A stretch of DNA of 60,242 nt from Nitrospirota bacterium. Lineage in GTDB: Bacteria > Nitrospirota > Thermodesulfovibrionia > Thermodesulfovibrionales > JdFR-85. Shown piece after piece: positions 53,171 to 60,242 of this stretch. Position numbers and translations under genes: made by a program. The first letter of the stretch is position 1. Each line of letters begins with the position of its first letter. Location of the stretch: assembly GCA_015484595.1 (NCBI GenBank), contig WFMM01000124.1, positions 1 through 60,242 on the forward strand. Reading direction: 5' to 3'. The notes under the pieces are model-generated. The model was given only the letters and a program-made list of their open reading frames with translations, was not told the DNA's origin and did no database searches.

Positions 53171-53498
53171 GCCCTATTGCCTCCTTTGCAGTTTCCTCGT
53201 CAAAGTAGTCCTTTGGTGTTCCACGGTCAAAACAGTAGGGGAATCTTGATGGAAGGTAAAGCGTGTCAAGCACCCTTGCACGGTGAAGCAGTTCCTTCTC
53301 TGCACCTGTTTTCGAAAGGATGTAATAAACAGACATGCCTGTCTCTGCCATTGCCTTCCTCGTTGCAAGTGCTATTGCAGCAAGCAGTGCACCGTGGTGT
53401 GCAAGGAAACAGGCATCTTCAAAAAAACCACCTTCTGTAGAATGCTCTGCAGATGAAATAGTCCTCTTTGCCTGCTGAATCCATTCCTTTGCCCTCAT
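53127..53498 (-). CDS. HEPN-domain protein
   Basis: The 123-aa product has A..FLAHHGALLAAIALA and the LDTLYLPSRFPY motif (RYP-type HEPN, PF05168-like). Confidence 0.7.
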   Translation of the reverse strand: MRAKEWIQQAKRTISSAEHSTEGGFFEDACFLAHHGALLAAIALATRKAMAETGMSVYYILSKTGAEKELLHRARVLDTLYLPSRFPYCFDRGTPKDYFDEETAKEAIGHAKAIVERVEEELG

Positions 53499-53501
53499 AG
53501 T

Positions 53502-54071
53502 TTATCCCCTTGGTTTTGCTAAGATTTCACATACCTTAAGGTCTAAAAACCTCTTGGATGCTGCTGACCTGATGACCATCACCGTGTCTGCACCCCTTCC
53601 GGTGCCAGCAACAGCCAGCACCTCCTTTCCCTCTGGTATCAGACCAGCATCAGCTGCCATCATGACTATCTCACAACAGACCTTTGGCCCCTCGCCAAAT
53701 CTCCTGAGGCTCTGGGCAACTATCAGGGTCGGATAAAGACCGCCTGATTTCATGGTAAAGGCTGTCTCAAGTGAATGGGTAATCATGGTGCCTGTGTAAA
53801 CCTTTGCACCCAATGCTCTGAGTCTGTCAATGGTGTTTTGAGAAATCTCTATACTGTTAGGCTCCCTGAAGCCATAGGAATGAGTGACCGTAACCAGATT
53901 GATGTCTCTTCCTTTAAGGGCCTCGGCAAAGAGCAGCCCTGTATCACCACCTGTGGTTGCAACCACCACATCCCTTATGTCACCCTCTGAAAGCCTCTCT
54001 ATCACAACCTTTAAACATGCCTCGGTGTTTACCTTCCCAGGTTTGTCAAAGTACAAGACCTTCCTTTCCAT
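53502..54071 (-). CDS. Pyruvate-kinase alpha/beta (C-terminal)-domain-like protein
   Basis: The 189-aa product has the pattern VVVATTGGDTG...VTH...LAVAGTGRGADT, which resembles standalone PK_C domain proteins. Confidence 0.55.
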   Translation of the reverse strand: MERKVLYFDKPGKVNTEACLKVVIERLSEGDIRDVVVATTGGDTGLLFAEALKGRDINLVTVTHSYGFREPNSIEISQNTIDRLRALGAKVYTGTMITHSLETAFTMKSGGLYPTLIVAQSLRRFGEGPKVCCEIVMMAADAGLIPEGKEVLAVAGTGRGADTVMVIRSAASKRFLDLKVCEILAKPRG

Positions 54072-54211
54072 TTTTACTCCCTGTGATCTTATAAACTCTT
54101 TCAGGTTTTTATTAAAAAAATACCCTTAAAACACAACACGGTTCTAAGTCCAAAACTATAAGTTTTAAATCAGAAATCTAAAACTAATTATATCAGATGC
54201 TTCCTTTAAGT

Positions 54212-55135
54212 TCAATCGTAAAGAAGCTCCTCGATTGTGATTAAGACAGACTTTGAAAGGGCTTTAATGTTGTATCCACCCTCAAGTGAGTAAACAACCG
54301 GCACCGAGGCTGCTGCCCTGTTTATCCCCCTTACGATCTCCACAATCCCCTCGTTACTTACCCTTATGTCAGCCAGTGGGTCATCCACATGGATGTCATA
54401 GCCTGCTGAAACAAGCACTATGTCCGGTCTGAACCGCTCAGAGACCTCCACAAGCACCTCGTTGTAGATTCCCTTAAACTCCGCATCACCAGTTCCGGCT
54501 GGAAGGGGGATGTTCATGGTAAAGCCCTCACCTTTTCCCTTTCCCCTGTCGTTTCTGCCGCCTGTGCCAGGGTAGTGGGGATACTGGTGGGTGCTGAAGT
54601 AAAAAACCGTTGGGTCTTCCTCAAAGGCGTGCTCTGTGCCGTTTCCGTGATGAACATCAAAATCCACTATCAGGACCCTTTCGAAGCCATTGGACTGAGC
54701 TACCCTTGCGCCAACTGCAATATTGTTAAAAAGGCAAAACCCCATGGCTCTTTGCTTTTCAGCGTGGTGACCCGGTGGTCTTACGGCACAGAAGGCACGG
54801 TCAATCTCGCCAGCCTTTATACGCCTTATTGCCTCTGCCACTGCACCTGCTGCATAAAGTGCTGCTTCGTAGCTTTTCTCTGATACATAGGTGTCAGGGT
54901 CAAGATAACCTGTGGTTGTTTCTGCCACCCTCTGGACATACTCTTTGGTGTGTATGGCTGTAAGCTCATCCATGGTAGCCTTGACAGGCCTGAGGTGGAT
55001 AACCTCTTTGGAAAAGGTAGAAGACTCAAGTGTATCTAATATCCCCCTTAGCCTGTCAGGATTTTCAGGATGCCACCCCGTAGGGATGTGTTTAAGAAAG
55101 ATGTCATCATAAAAAAAGCCAACCCTCTTCATCAT
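54212..55135 (-). CDS. Histone-deacetylase-family zinc amidohydrolase (AcuC/acetylpolyamine amidohydrolase-like)
   Basis: It has RPPGHHA, DFDVHHGNGT and SAGYD...DPL motifs. Confidence 0.85.
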   Translation of the reverse strand: MMKRVGFFYDDIFLKHIPTGWHPENPDRLRGILDTLESSTFSKEVIHLRPVKATMDELTAIHTKEYVQRVAETTTGYLDPDTYVSEKSYEAALYAAGAVAEAIRRIKAGEIDRAFCAVRPPGHHAEKQRAMGFCLFNNIAVGARVAQSNGFERVLIVDFDVHHGNGTEHAFEEDPTVFYFSTHQYPHYPGTGGRNDRGKGKGEGFTMNIPLPAGTGDAEFKGIYNEVLVEVSERFRPDIVLVSAGYDIHVDDPLADIRVSNEGIVEIVRGINRAAASVPVVYSLEGGYNIKALSKSVLITIEELLYD

Positions 55136-55533
55136 ACCTCCACGATCTGGATTTCCCTTACACTGCCCCCCTTTATCTCAAAGGCATTCACCAGGGGAGG
55201 CTCCTCAGCGAGGCTAACTATAATATAGGCCACATCGTCGTAAAATGCAAGAGAGACATCCTTCTGGGATGGATAGGCCTGAGAGTCGGGGTGGCTGTGA
55301 TAAATGGCAACCATCTTAAGCCCTTCGGAACGCATCTGTTTCATAACCTGAAACTGCTCCTTTGGGTCCATAAAATAACTCACCGGAGAGTGTTCCATAT
55401 TGGTCATCCTGTATATCCTGATAACCTCATCATCGTTGCCTGCAAGGATTCCGCAGACCTCCTCTGGATAGCCTTCTCTGGCATGATTGATTATCTCCTG
55501 AAGAATGCTGGATGGAACCCTAATCTGGTCCAT
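55132..55533 (-). CDS. JAMM/MPN+ metalloprotease (Mov34/Mec+-like)
   Basis: It has E..G (PEEVCGIL) and HSHPDSQAYPSQKD, the full JAMM motif. An ATGA overlap links it to the downstream HDAC-family gene. Confidence 0.85.
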   Translation of the reverse strand: MDQIRVPSSILQEIINHAREGYPEEVCGILAGNDDEVIRIYRMTNMEHSPVSYFMDPKEQFQVMKQMRSEGLKMVAIYHSHPDSQAYPSQKDVSLAFYDDVAYIIVSLAEEPPLVNAFEIKGGSVREIQIVEV

Positions 55534-55534
55534 T

Positions 55535-56578
55535 TCAGGGAAGAGAGGCAGTCCGGTTTAGACCGGTTGTTTCATCCAGTCCAAGCATGAGGTTCATGTT
55601 CTGAACAGCCTGTCCTGATGCACCCTTAACAAGATTGTCAATTGCAGACACCACCACAAGGGTGGCTGTCCTGCGGTTTATCCTTAAGCCGATGTCACAG
55701 TAATTGGTTCCCCTGACATTCCTCACATCAGGCAGTGTATCCTCAAAAATCCTCACAAAGGGCTCCCTTCGGTACTGCTTTTTGTAAACTCTTAGAACTT
55801 CCTCAAGGGTAACATCCCTCTGCCTTAAAGGTGCATAAATGGTCGTAAGTATCCCCCTGTTTATTGGAAGAAGGTGTGGTGTGAAGTTGACTGTAATGGC
55901 AGTTTTTGCAACTCCTGAGAGTTCCTGCTCTATCTCAGGTGTGTGACGGTGCGTTGCAATACCGTATGCCCTGAAAGACTCGTTTACCTCGCAAAAGCTG
56001 TAGGCCACATCTGATTTTCTTCCAGCACCCGAGGTGCCCGACTTTGAATCAATAACTATGCCTTCGGGCCTTACAATGCCTGCCTTCAGTGCTGGGTAAA
56101 GACCCAGGATTGCAGAGGTAGGATAACAACCAGGGTTTGCCACAAGTTGTGCCCTCTTTATCTTTGCCCTGTGGAGTTCTGGAAGGCCGTAGACTGCCTT
56201 TTTGAGGGTTTTTTTGTACTTATGCTCAAGCCCATACCACTGACGGTAAACCTCGGGGTCTTTAAGTCTGTAGTCTGCCGAAAGGTCTATAACCTTCTTT
56301 CCTTCCTCGAAAAAGGAGTTTACCGAATCCTGCGAGGCACCATGAGGAAGTGCAAGAAAAAGGAGCTCTGCCTTTTGAAGGGACTTTTTGTCGTCAAGGG
56401 AGATAAACCTCAGACTGCATACACCCTTTAGATGTGGAAAAAGCTCATCTACCCTCTTTCCCCTTGACCTTTCTGATGTAACAGCTACGACTTCTACATT
56501 GGGATGATTACTGAGAAGCCCTATTAACTCGGCTCCTGTATAGCCACTTCCACCGCAGATAGCTACCCTGGTCATCAA
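55535..56578 (-). CDS. argC: N-acetyl-gamma-glutamyl-phosphate reductase
   Basis: It has GGSGYTGAEL and the active-site motif NPGCYPTS. Confidence 0.95.
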   Translation of the reverse strand: MMTRVAICGGSGYTGAELIGLLSNHPNVEVVAVTSERSRGKRVDELFPHLKGVCSLRFISLDDKKSLQKAELLFLALPHGASQDSVNSFFEEGKKVIDLSADYRLKDPEVYRQWYGLEHKYKKTLKKAVYGLPELHRAKIKRAQLVANPGCYPTSAILGLYPALKAGIVRPEGIVIDSKSGTSGAGRKSDVAYSFCEVNESFRAYGIATHRHTPEIEQELSGVAKTAITVNFTPHLLPINRGILTTIYAPLRQRDVTLEEVLRVYKKQYRREPFVRIFEDTLPDVRNVRGTNYCDIGLRINRRTATLVVVSAIDNLVKGASGQAVQNMNLMLGLDETTGLNRTASLP

Positions 56579-56590
56579 ACTATCAGGTCT

Positions 56591-56983
56591 TTAGCGTTTG
56601 GAGTACTGGAATCTCTTTCTTGCACCAGCCAGACCGTATTTCTTCCTCTCCTTCATCCTCGGGTCACGGGTGAGGAAGCCCTCTTTCTTGAGCTTTGGTC
56701 TGAGGTCAGAGTCAACCAGCAGAAGTGCCCTTGAGATTCCGTGGCGGATGGCGCCAGCCTGTCCTGAAAGACCACCACCTTTTACATTCACCATTATATC
56801 GAACTTGTTTGGCATGCCCACAAGATTAAGTGGCTGGCGTATAATCATCTGGAGGGTCTCTCTTGGGAAATACTCCTCAAGAGGTTTTTTATTAACTATT
56901 ATCTTACCAGTGCCAGGTCTCATGATAACCCTTGCTACCGATGTCTTTCTTCTGCCTGTTGCCTGATAAAGGATATCACCCAT
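56591..56983 (-). CDS. rpsI: 30S ribosomal protein S9
   Basis: The C-terminus is [15 protein letters not shown] prefer ATG 56983 because it has an AAGGGG SD site and gives the canonical 130 aa, over GTG 56992. Confidence 0.95.
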   Translation of the reverse strand: MGDILYQATGRRKTSVARVIMRPGTGKIIVNKKPLEEYFPRETLQMIIRQPLNLVGMPNKFDIMVNVKGGGLSGQAGAIRHGISRALLLVDSDLRPKLKKEGFLTRDPRMKERKKYGLAGARKRFQYSKR

Positions 56984-56996
56984 AACACGCACCCCT

Positions 56997-57422
56997 TTAT
57001 ATGTTCAAGATTTCTGGTTTCTGTGCCTGATGTGGATGCTCTGAGCCTCTGTAAACCTTGAGTTTCTTAAGCATCTTTCTTCCAAGACGGTTCTTTGGAA
57101 GCATGCCCTTTACAGCATCCATTATCATTTTTTCAGGCTTGCGCTGAAGCCTGATGCGGGCTGTCTCAGCCTTAAGCCCTCCCGGGTATCCGGTGTGATG
57201 ATAGTATACCTTCTGGTCAAGCTTCTTTCCCGTAAGCCTGACCTTTTCAGCATTGATGACAACTATGAAATCCCCTGTATCAACATTTGGCGTAAACTGT
57301 GGTTTGTGTTTGCCCCTTAAATAGGTGGCAATCTGGGACGCCATTCTGCCAAGCACCTTGCCGGAGGCATCGACTACATACCACTTTCTTTCCACTTCAC
57401 CCTTCTTAGCAAATTTAGTCAT
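56997..57422 (-). CDS. rplM: 50S ribosomal protein L13
   Basis: It has [19 protein letters not shown] and is 141 aa long. Confidence 0.95.
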   Translation of the reverse strand: MTKFAKKGEVERKWYVVDASGKVLGRMASQIATYLRGKHKPQFTPNVDTGDFIVVINAEKVRLTGKKLDQKVYYHHTGYPGGLKAETARIRLQRKPEKMIMDAVKGMLPKNRLGRKMLKKLKVYRGSEHPHQAQKPEILNI

Positions 57423-57457
57423 ACCACACCACCTTCCTGAAAAATTTTCAGATAAAA

Positions 57458-57487
57458 AGTATATAAAATTCAGAATAGCTTTGTCAA
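57458..57487 (-). promoter_or_regulatory. Sigma70-like promoter candidate for rplM-rpsI (TTGACA-18 nt-TATACT)
   Basis: On the minus strand TTGACA is at 57487-57482 and TATACT at 57463-57458. An AT-rich palindrome CTGAAAAATTTTCAG (57437-57451) lies in the leader before the GAAGGTGG SD site. Confidence 0.42.
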
Positions 57488-57504
57488 ATTAAGTGGTGGA
57501 AACT

Positions 57505-58386
57505 TTATACCAGGGCATACTGGTGGGTAAGCTCGGGCTCACTTGATACGAACTCCCAGGCATCTACGGCTGAAAGGAGCTTTCTTAAAAATCTCACATG
57601 AGATGAATGACCTGCCCTCTCAGCTATGATGTGGCCGTATATTGGATAGCCTGCAAGGGAGAAATCCCCTATCAGGTCAAGCACCTTGTGCCTGACAAAC
57701 TCATCATCGTATCTAAGACCATCGTCGTTTAGTATCCCATGGTCATCTATTACAACGGCATTTTCAAGAGAGCCACCTTTGGCAAGTCCATTGGCTCTTA
57801 GCATCTCTACATTCTTTAAGAAACCGAAAGTCCTGGCAGGTGCAATCTCTCTAACATAGGTCTCCTCGTTAAGTTCAACGCTTATGTCCTGCATGCCAAA
57901 GTGGCTGTGCTTGAAAAAGATGCGGTAGGATATCCTCCTCCCCTCGTAGGGCATTGCTATTATCTCAGCATTTCCGTCCCTGAATCTGAAGGGACGCTTT
58001 ATTCTTATATAGGGCTTTTTCTGCGCCTGCTTTACAATGCCTGCCTCAAGCACAATGTCAACCAGATTGGTCGAGCTTCCATCCAGTATGGGCACTTCCG
58101 GGCCATCTATCTCTACGAGCACATTGTCTATCCCAAGACCTCCAAAGACAGAAAGAAGGTGCTCCACCGTCTTAACCCTCGTTCCATTAAAACCAAGGGT
58201 GGTTGCAAAGGCAGTGTCCACCACATTGCCAAGGCTTGCCTTGATCACCGTGTCACGGTCTACCCTGAAAAAAACCACACCCGTATCACGAGGCGCTGGT
58301 TTCAGGACTACCCTGGTCATCCTTCCAGTATGTAGCCCGATGCCGCTGAAACTGACCACCCTTTTTATGGTTCTCTGCTTCCTCAT
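57505..58386 (-). CDS. lpxC: UDP-3-O-acyl-N-acetylglucosamine deacetylase
   Basis: It has RTIKRVVSFSGIGLHTG and HKVLDLIGD motifs and is 293 aa long. Confidence 0.95.
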   Translation of the reverse strand: MRKQRTIKRVVSFSGIGLHTGRMTRVVLKPAPRDTGVVFFRVDRDTVIKASLGNVVDTAFATTLGFNGTRVKTVEHLLSVFGGLGIDNVLVEIDGPEVPILDGSSTNLVDIVLEAGIVKQAQKKPYIRIKRPFRFRDGNAEIIAMPYEGRRISYRIFFKHSHFGMQDISVELNEETYVREIAPARTFGFLKNVEMLRANGLAKGGSLENAVVIDDHGILNDDGLRYDDEFVRHKVLDLIGDFSLAGYPIYGHIIAERAGHSSHVRFLRKLLSAVDAWEFVSSEPELTHQYALV

Positions 58387-58542
58387 AGCTTTTTCACAGA
58401 ATCTTCTTTATGCAAATTTTATGCCAGTTTATGGAAGGCCAAAATTAAGGGCTTTCAGTTTCGAAAGATTGCAACTAAAATACAGGTCTGTTGAAAAATA
58501 ACGACAACCCCTCATCCCTCTCTCCTACACCCTACCCCCTGT

Positions 58543-59931
58543 TTACGCTTCTCCACCAACCACCATCTCGGGAATCCTCACCGTGGGCATGGCATCAGAG
58601 ACGGGTACCCCCTGGCCATCTTTACCACAGGTGCCAATGGCAAATCCAAGGTCGCTTCCGACCATATCGATTGACATAAGCACCTGAGGGCCGTTTCCCG
58701 TGATGGTTGCTCCCCTTACAGGCTCACCCACTTCACCCTTTTCTATCAGATAGCCCTCCTGCACCTCAAAGACAAAATCACCATTGATGGTGTTTACCTG
58801 TCCACCACCCATCTTCTTAACGAACAGGCCTCTATCTACACTCTTTACAATCTCTTCAGGCGAGGTATCGCCTGGCTCGATGAATGTATTGGTCATTCTC
58901 GGGATGGGCCTGTGCTGATAGGACTCTCTTCTTCCGTTTCCAGTTGACTGTTTGCCCTCCTTCATTGCGTTGTATCTGTCGTATAGATACCCAACTAACA
59001 CACCCTGTTTGACGAGCACGGTTTTTTGTGAAGGCACGCCTTCGTCATCGAACCTGAAGGAGCCCCTTTTGTTTGGCAAAGTTGCATCATCTACCACCGT
59101 AACCACTTCAGAGGCCACCTTCTGCCCGTGCTTTCCAGTGTAAACCGAAAGCCCCTGCCCAGCAAGGTCGGCCTCCAGGCCGTGACCTATTGCCTCGTGT
59201 ATCATCGTTCCTCCTGCCTCAGAGGAGATAACCACGGGCATTCTCCCACCAGGCATCTTCCGAGCCGAAAGCATCATCACTGCACGCTCTGAAGCAGTCT
59301 TTGCAACTTCCTCAATGGGGTTTTCCTCAAATATCTCAAAACCAACAAGCCCTCCCACTGGTTCGTAACCTGTCTGTATCTCTTCCCCGTCGGTGGCAAC
59401 CACATTTACCAGTGCCACCGTGTAGATGCGGTTATCCTCTACATACTCTCCACTGGTATTTACTATAACCACATCCTGAACCGTGTCTCTGTAAACCACC
59501 TTGACCTGCTTAATCCTGTTGCTCGTGGCCCTTGCCACCCTGTCGGCATTTAAAAGAAGTGAGACCTTTCTTTCAGAGGGCACACTGTCAGGGGGAAGAG
59601 AGATGTTAAAATCCACCTGCGGATTAAGGGCATTTAAAGTGAAGGGCTCGTACCCAGAAGACTCTGCCCTTAAAAGGGTCTTCATTATCTCAAAGAGGTT
59701 GTCCTTTGAGAGGTCGTTTGTATAGGCATAGTAGGTTTTGCCCTTAAGGATAACCCTGAGTCCTGCGCCTCTGTCAATACCTGTGGTGATACGCTCTATC
59801 TTCTGGTCTTCAAGCTCTCCTGAGAAAGACCGTCTCTGCTCAATGAAGATGTCTGCGTAATCAACACCCTGTCTTTTTGCTAAAGCAATCAGTGAAGAAA
59901 GTATATCTCTGTCAATCACCAAAGCCTCCAA
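58543..59931 (-). CDS. tldD: TldD-family metalloprotease
   Basis: It has the HEAIGHGLE zinc motif and is 462 aa long. The track start is TTG 59931. GTG 59919, preceded by GGAGG-N5, is an equally good start. Confidence 0.85.
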   Translation of the reverse strand: MEALVIDRDILSSLIALAKRQGVDYADIFIEQRRSFSGELEDQKIERITTGIDRGAGLRVILKGKTYYAYTNDLSKDNLFEIMKTLLRAESSGYEPFTLNALNPQVDFNISLPPDSVPSERKVSLLLNADRVARATSNRIKQVKVVYRDTVQDVVIVNTSGEYVEDNRIYTVALVNVVATDGEEIQTGYEPVGGLVGFEIFEENPIEEVAKTASERAVMMLSARKMPGGRMPVVISSEAGGTMIHEAIGHGLEADLAGQGLSVYTGKHGQKVASEVVTVVDDATLPNKRGSFRFDDEGVPSQKTVLVKQGVLVGYLYDRYNAMKEGKQSTGNGRRESYQHRPIPRMTNTFIEPGDTSPEEIVKSVDRGLFVKKMGGGQVNTINGDFVFEVQEGYLIEKGEVGEPVRGATITGNGPQVLMSIDMVGSDLGFAIGTCGKDGQGVPVSDAMPTVRIPEMVVGGEA

Positions 59932-59945
59932 TTCTTTCTGATTTT

Positions 59946-60104
59946 TAATCCTAATTTCTAAATCCTAAATTCTAAACAAATTCCAAAAACTAAATTCCAA
60001 ATTACAAATTCGCTAACGCAACTAACGCGATAAACGCAATCAACGCAATAAACTCGATGAACGCAATGAACGCAAAGAACGCTATTAACGCAAAAAACAC
60101 AATA
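59946..60104. repeat. Composite repeat element: H1 heptamers, AAATTCC-type units, N9 nonamers (about 10 units)
   Basis: Modules in order: taatcctaatttctaaatcctaaattctaaac (59946-59977); aaattccaaaaactaaattccaaattacaaatt (59978-60010); AACGC cores from 60015 to 60087 at a 9-nt period, with degenerate units aactc and aacac. Confidence 0.85.
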
Positions 60105-60242
60105 ACTATATTCCTGTCTATTATACTAAATTTCCCTGTTAAATCATCTCCCCTTTAGCTATAATATACAAAGAGGCTGTTCAAGAAAATCTAGTGTCTG
60201 GGTGACTCAAAGGGGTGGAGTCCCTCAAAGGGGGTTTCACCC

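Noticed and set aside
60187-60242. Start of a known structured RNA gene (tmRNA, RNase P RNA, SRP RNA or 6S RNA) at the window end
   Set aside because: I could not match the hallmark sequences of these RNAs, for example GGAAAGUCC of RNase P or the tRNA-like GGGG...acceptor of tmRNA. The fragment is too short to call.

Overview
This is a densely coding 60.2-kb bacterial chromosomal segment, roughly mid-40s % GC by eye. I saw no rRNA genes, CRISPR arrays, transposases or integrases. Most genes are housekeeping. They include ferritin, clpC, clpS-clpA and aat (the N-end-rule module), hisS, a cell-division tail cluster (yggS-proC-yggT-divIVA) and recN. A tightly coupled pgpA-cinA-thpR-recA-pilT-recX string is followed by alaS, ubiB, queH and queA. 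Further on come phoH-pgpH-ybeY-dgkA, archease-rtcB, rsmA, zwf-pgl, argC, rplM-rpsI, lpxC and tldD. There are two tRNAs, Pro-GGG and Gln-TTG. Gene content suggests an anaerobic Nitrospirota- or Thermodesulfobacteriota-like organism, but this cannot be established from the window alone.

Four things stand out:
1. rtcB is interrupted by a single in-frame TGA exactly at the invariant metal-ligand cysteine, and a strong hairpin starts 12 nt downstream. This makes it a candidate selenocysteine RNA ligase.
2. An accessory-looking cluster at 42.1-50.5 kb encodes a PilZ/zinc-ribbon/methyltransferase fusion, FabG, a His-less KS partner, a complete KS, an ACP, a CrtI-like flavoenzyme and a hybrid sensor kinase. 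It has no dehydratase or enoyl reductase. My inference is a dedicated 3-hydroxy-acyl-derived signal or lipid pathway coupled to c-di-GMP and a membrane sensor.
3. A sharp block of about 1.8 kb at about 22-28% GC (about 47.2-49.0 kb) cuts across two genes of that cluster.
4. A modular family of intergenic short tandem repeats (three heptamer types plus an AACGCNNNN nonamer, with G-rich and C-rich punctuation boxes) fills many intergenic regions. Module order, strand and position relative to start codons are all non-random.

Smaller items are BrnT/BrnA and HEPN/MNT-like toxin-antitoxin pairs, a DgkA-PAP2 fusion, a translationally coupled JAMM-HDAC pair, and a conserved palindromic leader motif shared by two promoters.
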